Origin: Setoptus koraiensis
Taxonomy: Eukaryota > Animalia > Arthropoda
Reading direction: 5' to 3'
Length of the DNA: 64,000 nt
NCBI GenBank assembly: GCA_048013815.1
Contig: CM106585.1
Span: forward strand, 15,190,001-15,254,000
A program made the translations under genes and the position numbers. Positions 46,569 to 60,563 of this stretch are shown here, piece by piece. Numbering within the stretch: position 1 is the stretch's first letter; every line of letters begins with the position of its first letter. The notes under the pieces are model-generated. The model saw only the letters and a program-made list of their open reading frames with translations. It did not search any database and was not told the DNA's origin.

Positions 46569-49500
46569 GTAAGTACAACAACAAGTGTCACTCCAGTCAG
46601 CTGTGTTATTTGAGTCAGCTGTGTCATTGGAGTCAGCTGTCAGCTAACGAGTCATTTGACATTTGTGAGTCAGCTGTTACAGCTGATAGCAATATAGTAG
46701 TAGGCAATATAGTAGTAGGCAGGCATTAGTGCAGTAATTATCGCGTTAATTGACAGTGATTGTTGCGCAATGAGTGAGTAGAGTGTGTATTTTTAGCCTG
46801 TGTGTCACATGTGCGTTGTTTGTGATTGTGTTGCGCCAGTGGCGCGCACTCTGACACTTGTCGCCATCAGCATCCTCAATCAGCTGACGTGACTGACAGC
46901 TGTCTGACAGGCGCCAGTGGCGCAGCGAACAGCTGACGCCGTGTGATATATTTGCATTTGACAAGCGCTGACGTTGTCTTGTGTCACACAAGTTGTGTCA
47001 CACAAGTTGTGTGTGTGACACTGTCGCAGTCACACAAGAGATTGTTGCGACAAGACTGTTGCGCAACAGAGAGCGGTCAGAGTGAGAGCGTGACCTAATC
47101 GACGAGCAACGGTAACGGCGAGATGATTGCCGCAATTGGCATACACACAATATATGCAAATAAGCACTTTGTGTGACATGTGTGAGCCTCTGCTCCGGTC
47201 AGCTCCGGTCAGCTGACACATGTCACATTGTTGCCGAAATTGTTTAGGTGCTGCTGGCCAGTCACAGGTTAATTGTTGTGCGTGCGTGTGCCAAAATAAG
47301 CATTGCGTAAGAGATGTGGCCGATGAAACTTTTGTCGCTGGCAGCAGTTCATTCAGCTGATTATTTGAGGTGATGCCCGCTGGTCAGCGACAATGACAGC
47401 ACGACAAGCGCCACAACAAGCGCCACAACAAGCGCCACAACAAGCGCCACAACAAGCGCCGAAGAAGACTCTCGCACCTATCGGCCTCGAGCGCAAACAT
47501 TTTCTGGCCGCACATTTTCTGGCCGCACATTTTGGGCACGAGACGACGAGGTTTGATACGGCTGCGATGTGACGCAAGAGTGGCGCAGTTTTCGCTCTAG
47601 CGGCCGCCATTTCCGCCGCTGGCATTGGCGCCACTCGTTTGGGCAAATCGGCCGACGGGTCGAGTTGAGCCGCGCACTGCGATAGCAACGACGACTAGTC
47701 GCCTCGTTTCGGCGAGCTCGACAATCACAGCTCTCGGCGATCAATTTCGCGGCGATTTGACCCAAGTTGACAGTTGACGCAAACGAGGCCTCTCGCCGGC
47801 CAGCACGCCTGGCGTCTGTGGCCGTAGCTGACCTGTGCACGGTTGTGAGCGCCGTCGCGACATTTGTGGCGCCAATTGATTGTTTGGCTGGACAGAGCAG
47901 AAGCGAGAGAGAGAGAGAGAGAGAGAGGGACAACAATTGAAAGTTGAGGCGCCGCCTATACGGGCCAAATATGCAAATAAGTAGGCCGTGCCATCATGTG
48001 GCATGATGCGCCGCTACGTTATGGAGCGCTTGCAGCGCCACTCTGTTATGTAATCACATTCACGGTTGGCATGTTATCGCGACGTTGCGTCATTACATAA
48101 TGGTCGTCGCATGGTCGTCGCACGGTGGCCGCAGTTTGGCGGCGGCGGCGGCGGCGGCAGTGGCCAGCGGCGAGACAGACAACAACGGCACTCAGACAGT
48201 CGTAAACATGAATGAAAATATGAATGAAGTGTGTCGCATTCATATTGTGTTCAAGGTATTATGCAATGAGCCAGTGAGATGTGCCCAGACGTAAATATGC
48301 TACTAATTTGGCGCGTTAATAGCAGCAGCAGCAGCAGCTTTTGTGAGCTTGCCAGCAGCTCACAAAAGTTCACGGCAACGTTGCGTCATCGGGCGTGCAG
48401 TGGCCAACAGGTGAGCAGGCGAACGGGCGGACAGGTGAGAGGGCACAACGGTGACACGGCAACTGTGGGATTCTATTAAAGTGGCAGCGTCCGTTAGTGG
48501 CAATTGTTGTTATTGCTATTATTGCATCATGCCCCGCTCTCTCTCGAATTGAAAGTCTCAATGCCGGCCGGCCGCTCTTCAATGGTGGCTTGTGTAGCTT
48601 GTGCATTGAGGGTTTTCAGTCACTGTGGCGAGAGTCGCTTCGCTTGTGCCTTGCCATTGCCCACTAGATAGCGACTTTCAATCGGATTTTATCCGACTTG
48701 CTCAACTATTTATCCACTTGCCATCGCATAAGTCGGCCAATTTTGGCCAACCAGCTCGCATGATTTGCCTGTGCCTGTGATTGCAGAGTCTAGATTGCAG
48801 AGTCTAGATTGCAGAGTCTAGATTGCAGAGTCTAGAGTGAGAGCGGCAGCGGTCGGGCACGATTTTACGGCAAGTGGCGAGGAAATAGTCGTTAGCAATA
48901 TATTAAATATTCATTAGGACTTTGTCGTTTCAATTGTGTGCACCAACAGCACGGCCACATAATGATGACGTTAACCTGTATTGCTCGCTAGCGCGCTGTA
49001 TCGCCGGCCGCCACCGACAGCAGCCAGCGCCGAGCTCAATTATGCACACACCGGCCCGAATTGGAGCAATCATTAGACAACACGATTCTCTGGCCATTTC
49101 CGCAATTTAGAAACTCGCCAGAAACTCGCCAGAAAGGGCTATTTGTGTGAGTGGCGAGATGCCATATGGTGCCTGTGTGTTTCTAAATGCATTTGTCGCG
49201 TCCAAAAACTCGCTCTAAATGCTGATTTCGCTTCTTAAATTGAGAATCTTAATGAGAAACTTGTCAAATTAGCTGACAACTTGTGAGAAATGCCACCAGT
49301 TGGCCAATTGGCAATTGTGACACACCAGCGGCCCATCTATAATAATAATAGCGACAATAATAATTAGATAATTTAGTATCAATAGTAACAGTGACAACCT
49401 GTGTCGCATTTGACAATTGTGACTCACCATTTGTGTCAACAATCGGCTCTGTTCCGATGTTTATGCAATCGGCTGCCGATTGTTGTTGCGCCAACGACAA

Positions 49501-50312
49501 TTGTGAGTCGTCTGCTCACAACTGTCAGATGACAGGTGAGTCATGACTTGCGATGGTCGCTTGATGTCACTGCATGGGTGTCGTTTGGCAGTGACATCAA
49601 GCGTCACATAACGTTAACGCATTACGCAACAAGTTGGCCAATCATGCAGCGTCGCCCGTGTAATTAGTAATTGTGTGCCAGCAATATTATATTGTCAATA
49701 TAGATATAATAGTGGCCATAATTGGCACCTTATCCACTGTTGATCCCGGCTGATTTGTCGCCGTTGTTGTTGTTGCCGTCGGACGGTTGTCGCTTCGACA
49801 GTTGGCAACACATCGCAATTTGCATTATGTACACACTGCCAATCACAGTTCACATTCGGCCCGCCATGCTGCTGGTCGCCATGTTGCCACGCTGGTCGCT
49901 TGTCTAGTCGGGCCATTTCGCCAGAATTTGCCAGAGTTCGCCAGAATTCGCCGGCGCAGGCGATATTTGCGCGGATATTTGCGCGGATATTTGCGCGGAT
50001 ATTTGCGCAGGCATTTGCGAAATGTCGGCGGATAAGCTCTTCGGCTGCATGGGCAGAGGGCAAATATAATGGCGCTTGTCGTCGTTGTCTCTGGCCGGCT
50101 GCCATTGTAGCCGGCCGGCCGGCCGGACAGATAAGATTAAGGGTATTAGTACATGTTGTCTGTGCGGCTAGCAGCGCTGTATGGCCATGTATGGCGCGAT
50201 GATTAGCCCGGCTGCAAGTGGCCCGATAAGTGAGCAAAAGTGAAAAATTGTTGCTCAGCAAACAACAGGCTTCTCGTGGGCAGTTTTGCCGAAGCGGGGA
50301 TCCGACGCCGAA

Positions 50313-50431
50313 GTTCGCAGTTCGCAGTTCGCAGTTCGCAGTTCGCAGTTCGCAGTTCGCAGTTCGCAGTTCGCAGTTCGCAGTTCGCAGTTCGCAGTTC
50401 GCAGTTCGCAGTTCGCAGTTCGAAGTTCGAA
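50313..50431. repeat. 7-bp tandem repeat (GTTCGCA) x15 perfect plus 2 GTTCGAA variants
   Basis: Read directly, inside peroxidase intron 3. Confidence 0.95.
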
Positions 50432-53400
50432 GGAATGTTTGTGAGCCACTTGTTTGTGAGCAAGTTGTTGTTGTTTTTGTCGCTGTTGCGTTGTTGTCGT
50501 TGTTGCCGTCGCTGTTGTCGCTGTTGTTGTTGGCGTCGTTGTTGTTGTTGTTGCTGCAGCAGCGAGAGGAAGATTCATTCTTACAAGCACTCGAGCGCCT
50601 GCAAGAGCAGCGGTCTTACGTAATGCGCTGGCGTCTTGTTTGGCGCTGTTTGTCTTGCTGGTCGGCGCTGTTTGTCTTGCTGGTCGGCGCTGTTTGGCTT
50701 GCTTGCAGGCAACGACAGGTGCAGAGCAACGGCTAATCGAGTTCCCGCTGATTCAAAGTGAGCCATTAGAACAATGAACTTTATGAATAATTTATCTTCC
50801 ATTTATTGTTATTATCTGGCTGGCTGGCAGGCTCATTGTGTTGGCTCATCGGCGCGACAGTGATTAGCATCATGACGGCGGCGGCGTCGTTGTTCGTCGT
50901 CAAGTCGGAATCACTCTCGCCCGGCAGTCACACCAACACCAGCGACAGCAGCCAACACGGCGACAACAGAAACAACAGCAACAACGACAACAACGACAGC
51001 AACGACAGCAACGACAGCAACGACAGCAACAACGACAACAACGACAACAGAAACAACAACAGAAACAACAACAGAAACGACGACAGTGTCCGCATTGCGC
51101 AACGGCCGACGGCTGCTTGCCTCATGAGCGACATGACAGCAACAATAATGGCCACATCATCGCCAAATGTCAGTTGTTTGTCTCGCTGCGCTGTCTCTGC
51201 GCTGTCTCTGCGCTGTCGTTTGTTTACCTGTCCGCTCACCTGTCGGGACGCTGCAATTGCACAACTTCCACATATTGCGCACATTGTCAGCGATGGCGTC
51301 ATGAGCATATCGCACTGACGGCGTGTCGGACAATCAGACGATATTATTGTGAAAATATAAATGATAATGATGATGTGTGCTGGCAGATGTCGCCAAGACG
51401 AATTATGACATTGTGATGAATTATGTGTGTGTGTGTGTGTGTGTGTGACAAGTTGGCACACAGCCGAGTGAGACATGCAAGAGGTTTTGTCTGGTCAGAG
51501 GGAGCTGTCAATGTCTCAAGTTGTCACCATGTTTGTTTTGGCTAACGATTTAAATGACAACATTCATTCTGTTCAGCTGTCATTGTGTGTGTGTGTGCGC
51601 CCCACTCAGTCGGTCAGTGTGCCGGCCCGGCCCGTACACTGACCGACTACGGCAAATCAGTCGCAATCATCATGTAGGTGTAGTGATAAATTATTTCATT
51701 ATTATTTCATTTAGCCTCTGCTGTCTTATTATTATGACCACCTCACCTTTCGTCCGCTGGCACGCTGATTTGTCGAGGCAGCTCATTACGTCATTGTGAT
51801 GGCTTGCACCATCGCAGCCTGCATGTCGCAACTCTTTGAGCCCGCTCTCCGCCCCCGAGCACCGGCCAACAATGCAAGTTGCGCAACATGCAGCGACGGT
51901 GCAACGGTGCGACGGTGCAACGGTGCAACGGTGCAACGGTGCAACAACGGTGCAACTAGTGCCAGTGCATGTTGTTGCCTGTTGTTGCCTGTTGTTGCAT
52001 GCTGTTGTTGCCTGTTGTTGCATGCTGTTGTTGGCCGCCATATGCTGCTGCATGCTGCACAACAATATGCAGCATTATGCTTCATTGTTATGTAACGGCT
52101 GTGTAACGATTGCATAACGGCGGACGGTGCCCGCGAACGCGAACAAGATTGCATCACAGATTTGAGACTGATTGCGCCGATTGCGCCGATTGTGCAATTG
52201 TCCATCAATGGCGCCATCTATTAATCGGCTCACCTGTGCGGCCCGGCGAGTTGACTTATCGCTGTTGATCACAGTTTGATCATGATGCAACAACTGACCG
52301 CAACAAGCCGCAACTGGCCGCAACTGGCCGCGACTGGCCGCAACTTGTTTCGGCCGCTAGCAACTGGGGGTAGCCTGTCGATAGAAACGTACCGACACAA
52401 AAAGGTATGAAAAGGTATGAAAAGGTATCGGCACAAGAGCATATCGACAGGTCGCCGTCAATCGATTATTGTGTCGCTCTTATCCGATCCGATCGGATCT
52501 AATCTCAGCGTTGGCTCGTTGTGCCGCCTCGCCGGTCTCGCCGTTCTCGCCGGGCCAATTTGCCGCCCTCTGTCGTCATGTTGGCGGCTCGCCGTCGTTG
52601 CGAGCGAGTCCCGCGGAGCGCCCGGTCTCCACTGCAGCGGCGAGACTGGAGCGGCGAGACTGGCCCGGCGAGACTGGCCCGGCGAGCGGACTTGCGGCAC
52701 GCGAGCGCAATTTCTCAATGGCTGGCCAGCCATTGACAAGAACAATCATTGTTGCATGCGTACGTATCCGCAGTCGAGCGGCAATTGTGGCCGCTCGCTC
52801 GTTGGATGCGGCTGCTCGCTCGTTGGATGCGGCCGCTCGACGGCCGCCGGCCCATAGAAACCTAATCAATTTTTGAATGGCCGGCCGCGCTCGCCGCCGC
52901 CGTTGCCATCGCCGAGGCTTCCGTTTCGGGGCGACGCTCGCTCGATGTTGCCGGCGCCGAGCGCTGAGATTGGAAGGCGCCGCAGTTGCCGGTTGGCGGC
53001 TCGAGATTGAGCAACGGAAATGGAAATGAAAGATTGCGTTATATTATGTTAACAAAGCGGCCAAGTGCCCATTGTGTTGGCTGCGCGAATGCGGCTCTTC
53101 CTAGTGCCGGCAACCTGTTGCAGATTAACATACCTGTTGGTGTTGTTTTTGCTGTTGTTATTAACTGTGTGTGCTCGGCTGCATTCCGATTCTGCATTGG
53201 GGTGATTCCGCGGGCGGCTCGCATCTCGCCGGCCACGACGCACCAAGCGGCAAACGAGGCAAGCGAGGCAAACGAGGCGAGCGAGGCAAACGAGGCGAGC
53301 GAGCCAGAGCGACCGAACGGCTGAAAGAGCCGAGAGAGCGCAGATTAAAAGAGCCAAAATGCAATCTAACAATAACAGTAAAAGTGCAAATTTAAACAAA

Positions 53401-54835
53401 TGGACGGACTGGCGAACGGATATATTAAACAGGTACGAGCGATAGCGTCTATAAATAGTGAGCCGCGCTCGAGTCAATCAAATCAGCGCCGATCAATATT
53501 AGTGTGGCGCTGCCTGCACCGGCCGCCAGCCGACCGTCCGACCGTCCGTCCGTCCGTCCGCCAGCCGACCGACCGTCCGCCAGCCGACCGACCGTCCGTC
53601 CGTCCGTCTGGCCGTCCGTCTGGCTGTCAGCGGGCCAGTGTGGCGAGCTCGCCACGCCGAGCTCGCCAGCGGTGTGAAAGATCAACAAGCCGAGACAAGA
53701 GTGTCTGACAAGTGTGTGTGTGTTGTTATTGCGCGGACAGCTGACGGACACTTGCTCAGCAGCCGATGCGACTCGCGTCATGCGAGTGAGAGGTGATCGC
53801 ACTCGGCGCTGCTCACCTCTGCAACAGCAACAACAACAACAGCAACAACAGCAGCAACAACAGCGGCAACAACAGCGGCAACAACAGCGGCAACAACAAC
53901 AACAGCGGCAACAACAGCGGTGACGGCAACAGCAACAACCGCTATCAATTATACTAATGAAGAGCTACAGCGAGAGGCGACGGCCACTTGTTGCTCGCCG
54001 CGTCCGGCGCGATCGATCATCGTCTCGGCTCCGTTTTGATATATGGCTGCGGCGGACGCACGCCGGCGCCGACAACGCAGGGCGCCCGAACGAAGGCGAC
54101 TTCGAAAGGCGCTCGAACGAAGGCGACAGTCGAGAGGCACAATAGTGATAGTAAGTTACTATTGGTAGGGCGCCCAAGAGCGCAGAAAATGGCCGGCCGA
54201 TAGGAGAGAGGCCGGCGGAAAGAAAAGAAGCGACGGCAAGCCGGTGAAAAGAAAGGAAAGCAAAAGAAGCAATTAAAAGAGGATCACCTGCTATTCGGTG
54301 CAATCTCACATATTTAATTCACATATTTAATGGCGATTAATTGAAATTCCATTTCATTGCGAACTCGCGAACTCGCGAACTCGATTTCGATCGCATATCG
54401 CGAACAAGCGACCTGTGCGAGCGACGAACAAAACGATTTGCAATTGAATCGGAATTAGCTTTCGGATTGGTGGAATCGGCCCAGCGCCGAGCCGAAATGT
54501 CGCCCATTCAAACCTGACCATTGCCATTTAAAATACTGGCTCTGATACTCGATGCACTGGCTTTCAATAAGCTGGCTTCAGCGCTGGCCGGCTGGCTGGA
54601 TTAGAGCCAAACTGGCTCACTGAGACTAAACGAGAGCGAACTAAACAATGTAAAGCCATTTATCAATTCCGTTATAATTCTAATTGAGCGATTCAATTCA
54701 ATTTTGGTCACTTTCTCCCATTAATTGCAACTCTCTAATAATATTCTATCTATTGAATCCCATAATCGCCCATTATGTTACTTAATAATGACCAACGTGA
54801 TTGTTGGACGCAAACGCACCGCAATGTATCAACAG

Positions 54836-54991
54836 AGACGGGCCAAATGATCCAGTGTTGTCCAATTGAGCGCGACAGTCACCCACAATGCTTTCCTATT
54901 TTAGTTCCGCCCGATGATCCGTTTTACTCAAAATGGGAGGAAAACTGTTTGAATTTCGTGCGAACAGCCGTGTGTCCGCGCTGCCGATTAG
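54836..54991 (+). CDS. Peroxidase exon 4 (TGQMIQCC...CFPILVPPDDPFY...CLNFVRT...L)
   Basis: Typical CFPI.VP..DPFY...C..FVR motif; AACAG|AG and G|GTGAGT, phases 1/1. Confidence 0.92.
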
Positions 54992-55256
54992 GTGAGTTTC
55001 AGTCATTTTGTTCATCTTTGTTCACTATTCACGCTCCTCTAACTCTAAATCTTCTCACTTGCTAATTACCAATTCTTGCTAATATCGCCAATATGCTAAT
55101 CGCTAATTACTTGCCCCTGATACCTGCGATACTTGCGATATTTGCGATCCGATACTTGCGCTAATTTTGACTGGTCAACGCTGGTTGCGTGGCGCATTAT
55201 GCACGCATTGCGCAATCATCAATTATTGTTTGCATTTGATTATTATTGTTTGTTAG

Positions 55257-55614
55257 GCCCCCGCGAACAAATGAACCAGATAACCTCGTTCGTGGACGGC
55301 TCACAGGTGTACGGAAGTGCGGCCAACGAGACGGCCGCCCTGTGGACCAAGAGCGGACCCGCGGGCCGCATGCACGTGTCGTTCGACGAGAACGGGCGCG
55401 AGCTGTTGCCCCACTCGGCCGATCCCAGCAACGATCAATGTTCCGACGTGGAGAAGCGTCAATTTTGTTACCGGGCCGGCGACCGGCGCGTCAACCAGCA
55501 TCCGGCGCTCACTTCGGTGCACGTCATGTGGCTCAGGCAGCACAACAGAATAGTGAACGGACTCAAGATGGTCAACGCGCACTGGAACGGCGACCGCTTG
55601 TACCAGGAGGCCAA
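55257..55614 (+). CDS. Peroxidase exon 5 (GPREQMNQITSFVDGSQVYGS...AGDRRVNQHPAL...RQHNRI...LYQEA)
   Basis: Contains the distal Arg motif; TTAG|GC and AA|GTAAGT. Confidence 0.93.
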
Positions 55615-57862
55615 GTAAGTCACCTCATATCTTTATAGCTTGTTGTTTGCATCATTCGCCGTCAGTCGTCGTCAGTCGCAGTCTCCCGTCGGTCGCAATC
55701 GCCCGTCAACAGTGCGTTCAACGGGCCATCGATGCACAACTTATGGCGGACGCTGCGAACGGCTCAGCGGCAATATTACGCAACTGAAGCGTATTGCCAA
55801 ACGCATGCAGTGACCGTTACAGCGCCGGCCAATCAACGGCGACCACGACGCGACCACCGGCTCTCATTGCATTTTATGTAATTTTAACAGTGCCAAATTG
55901 GCCGCTTCGAGCGACCAGCGTGAGATGAGCGCGCCGGCGCGCCAATTTGCATAAGTTTTATAATAGCGCAAGTTGCATAACTTAGCCGGCCCGCCGACCG
56001 CTGCCAACAAAAGCGAGCCCAAGACTGAGAGTTGCGTGCCGTTGTTTTATCGGCAACCATCGGCGACCATCGGCAACCATCGGCAAACGATCGGCAAACG
56101 ATCGGAAAACTGTCGGCAGACAATAATTATTGTTGCCGTCCATATATTTGGACGAGCGGCGAGCGACCGCGATGATGATATCAACCAGCAACCAGCAACA
56201 TGCTGGCATAGCGGCCCTTTGTGTCGGAAACGGCCAATGATGCCGATAATGCCGATAATGCCGATAATGCCAATAATGCCGATAGTGCCGATAGTTCCGA
56301 TAGTGCCGATAGTGCCGGCCCGATGCTCACGCCGACCGCCGGCCCGTAGTCTGAACGAATGTGAGCATATTGTTGCCAATATATCGCCGGCTTGTTTGCA
56401 TAGCCAACAGTGTTGCTGTTGTGTGTGGCACTCTCTCCGGCCGGCACCTTCTATCGGCCGGCGCCAAGACCGGACGTTAAACGAGCTCGCCATCGACGAC
56501 CGGCCGGCCAGCCAGTCATTTGGCGGGCGAAATGCAGGCGAAATGGCAGCAAAATGCAGCGACCAGCGAGCCGCAAAAGCTTATGATTTGATCACGATCT
56601 CGTGCGTCTCTAACAACTAAATTGGGGTCAATTTGTTAACAAACATTCGGGTAGCCCCGTTCTTTCTCACTGCGTTGTGCGCGCTGCTGAGCACCGTCTC
56701 AGAGAATCTTCTCTTTATCTTATCCTTCTTTATCACTGCACTGTGCCAAGCTAACAAACAAGCCGCTCGCCCATGTGTGCGCATCGTCGGCTACAAATCA
56801 CGGCACTGTCCATTCGAGAGTGCGTTCGAGCGAGGGTAACGGCAAAATTCGAGCCTCGATGGCGAGCTTTCGATTTTTGTCCGTCGCTTGTCTGTCCTTT
56901 CTGTCGGCCGGCCAAAAGAACGTCAAGTTAATGGTTGTTGCGAGCGGCGCCAGGGCGACACAACCGGCCTGCGAGCAATTATGTAATTTTTGTTGTTATA
57001 AAGTTATTTGATTTGATTAGATGCACAATCTCATGTCGCGTTGCGCTTTCACCTATTGCTGCTATGGGCGAGAGAGAGAGAGAGAGAGAGCGGCCGACAT
57101 TAGGCATGCAACGAGAGACAATAAGACAGAGAATAGATACTCGGCTGGCGTCAGTCCAACGCTGGCGCTTACGTAATACAATGGCCGGCAACGCAGTGGT
57201 CGTCATGATGCTCAATTTATCTGTTGTTGGCAGAGTGTGTTGTCGTCCTGTTACAATGAGCGCTTGTTTTAACGAGCCGGACATGAGATCATCTGATGGG
57301 CATTTGATGGATAAAACAAGTGCGTATTGTTGTTGTCGTAGCAATAGTGACTATTCTTTTATCGCCGTCAGCTGTCGGCGAGCCGGCAGCCGGCGGCCGG
57401 CAGCAACGGCAACACAATCAAACACTTGTTTTACAGCTGAAATTCTTGGAGACTCTCTAATAGAGAGAGAGAGACTCGCAAGCTAGTTTGTGTGTTATGT
57501 AACTTATAATAACTTTAAGTAGCCGCCGACCACCATTGGCGATACCAAATACGCCAACTGCCGGCCAGGCGCAGATAAAAAGAGATAGTGTTATTATAAT
57601 ATTAAAATGAATCGTTGGCTTGTTAGCAGCACTCGCCACTTGCTGAAAGGCAACACCGAGACGCCGAGCCGTCGAGACGACCATTGCAAATTATACGAGC
57701 TACAAGTGGAAACAGTGCGATAACATGACAAGAGGCAAACACTATAAATACTGCATACTACTCATGTATCGCTTATGTAATCAAAGGACAATTTGGTGCC
57801 ACCAGCAACCGGATGAGTGGCACCCGGTTGAGTCACCGGTTGTTGTTATGGCACAACTCGTG

Positions 57863-57902
<40 letters not shown>

Positions 57903-59726
57903 TTGCCATGTGCTGCAAACTACAACCGACTCCGTGTGGCTCCATGGGCCGCTCACATGTCCCGTAGCAAGCTCCACTTCCGGCTGCCAAAGGCTTGCGA
58001 CTGGCGTCGGGACAATCGCAGGCATCGTTTGCGTCCAACAAGCGAGCTGATATGTGATACTGTAAAGAGTATCTCAGCTGAGCTGATGGCTCATGTTGCT
58101 GCTGGCTGTTGGCGTTTTTTCCCATCGTTGATTGGCCATCGAGATGTGATGGCCCGGCACAACAGCGACAACATCAATGGGCAACAACTACACCAAACAA
58201 CATCATCAAACAACAACCGTGCCACAAACAACAACAACATCAAACAATACGGTTGGCCAGTCGCAATAACGATAATTGTTAACTCAACCTGAGCTCGCTG
58301 GCGGCCATTGCGAGCAACATGTTGATTTTTTAATGAGAATCACTCACCAAACTGAGTGATGATCTCTGCCAGTTTGAGAATCTTCACTCGTCATTCTCAT
58401 CTAATTTCACTTGCACTGCCAAACAGAGTGCCAGACAGACAGATAGACAGATGGAGAGAGAGAGAGAGAGAGTAGGCGGCCGAACACATCGGTATGTGTC
58501 TCATTATACATGCGAAACAATTTAAACAAACTCGCAGGCGATTATCGTTCGCCTAACTGACCGGCTAATCAACTGGCCGGCTCGCTAACTCGCTCGCCCA
58601 ACAGCACATCCGATCCGATCCAATCCGATCTGAGATGACTTCGTTTTGGTTGATCTGTTATATCTGTGGTGTTGTTGTATCTGTTGTGTTGTTATTGTCT
58701 GTGTGTTTTACAAATGTGGGCCAGTCGAAAGGACTAAACACTTTGGCGCGGATGCTGCTATGCTCTAGTTATCCAATTGCATTTTGTTGAGACCAAAAGT
58801 GTGCCCATCCAATGTCCAATTATTTGCTTGTGCGGCCAGTCTCAGCTCACTTTCGAAGGGGTAATCTCAAGACACAAAAAGGCCACACTATTAACGTGTA
58901 CACAGTGAACAACAACAAAAATCATAACGGCTCCAAGTTGAGCTAAATGAATGGAGCTAATAAAAACGTTCCTTGCTGTGTGCAATAAACATGGTCAGTA
59001 TACATGATCACCGTCGTACCATGATGACGCCAGCCAATGAACTAATGGACTTTTGCACGAATTAACTCTGGTTATTTTGTACTTTGCTCACTCATCATTA
59101 TACAAGATAATGATAATGATGAGCATGATAAGTGAGACTAAATGAACGGTAATTGATGATGAGGCCAATATAATTTATTCATGCAAACAGCTATAAATTG
59201 CATCTCATTAGCCATCTGCGCGCCGACAACAACATAGATCTGTCTACGTGAGCTGCCTTGTTGCAAACTGTTGTTGCTCAGTTAGGCCGGATGGATGCAT
59301 ATTGAGAGATCAAGAGAGGGACAGGGAGAGAGACAGAACGGACAGAATTATAATGTGTGTCCAATTGAGTCACTTCCGATGAGCTGTCCTATTCGGCCAA
59401 AGAAAACAGTTACATTCAATCGTTGAATAAATACATCTTAATCATTTGTGGTGCTAATCATCTTCACACAGACAGATAGAGTTGGGCAAAGTGGGCACAA
59501 GTCGCCCACCTGAATTATAATGATAACCGAAACTCACGCCACACTTTAGCTTTCGTTCTTCGTCTTGCTACTTATGTTCTCTAATGTTGTTGTACCATAC
59601 AAAAAGAAAAATGATAATTACTTACAATTCTCGACTACGTCGTTTAAAAAAAAACAAATAACCCTATAATAATCATAATTCACCATCATTGCTTTTTCCA
59701 CTTCACTTTTGCTTCCCACTTCGCAG

Positions 59727-60563
59727 ACGCATCACTACATCGCAAATGCAAATGGTCACATACAACGAATGGCTTTCATTGATCATTGGCCAAGAGGCAA
59801 TGAAATTCTTGAAACTGAACGTTCTACCTCAAGGATACACCAACTATGATCCATCTGTTGATCCATCGCTGTTGAACGAATTCTCTGGCGCGGCATTCCG
59901 TTTTGGTCACTCAATGATCAATAATATATTTGCCGAGATACTGCCCGATGGCAGACCGTCTGGATACCGTCTAAACGAGTTCTTCTTCCATCCGTTCGGA
60001 ATGAAATCTGGCCAATACGATATGATAATGCGCGGACTTATATCACAGGCTTCGCAAAACAGAGATCCGTTTGTATCATCTGACATTAAGAATCATCTAT
60101 ACAGGCCCAGAGACAATCCATATGGTCTGGATTTGCCAGCGTTCAACATACAAAGAGGCAGAGATCACGGTATACCAGGCTACACGAGACTCATAGAGTT
60201 TTGCTTCGACGATATTGTCACCCACTGGAAACAATTAGATCAATATATGCCCGTATCGCAGAGGATACGCTTCTCAAAATTATACAGATCTGTGCACGAT
60301 CTAGACTTGTTCTCGGCAGGTCTGGCCGAATATCCGTTGCCTGGAGCAGCGCTTGGGCCAACATTCACTTGTATTGTAGGCATACAAATGTTTAATTTGA
60401 AATTTGGAGATAGATTCTGGTTTGAGCACGGCGGTCAAGTTGGTTCGTTCAGCCCGGCTCAATTGCAAGAGATTAGAAAGACCAATTTGGCGCGTCTAAT
60501 GTGCGCAAACAGTGATAATATTGATATGATTCAAAAGAACGTCTTCCGTGGCGAATCACCAAG
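59727..60563 (+). CDS. Peroxidase exon 6 (proximal His AAFRFGHS, IQRGRDHG, GPTFTCI, GDRFWFE)
   Basis: Conserved motifs; CGCAG|A and AG|GTAAGT. Confidence 0.95.

Noticed and set aside
49533-49541. CAG|GTGAGT recursive splice site candidate in peroxidase intron 3
   Set aside because: No polypyrimidine tract upstream, the intron is only 8.3 kb, and CAGGTG is a common E-box throughout the window.
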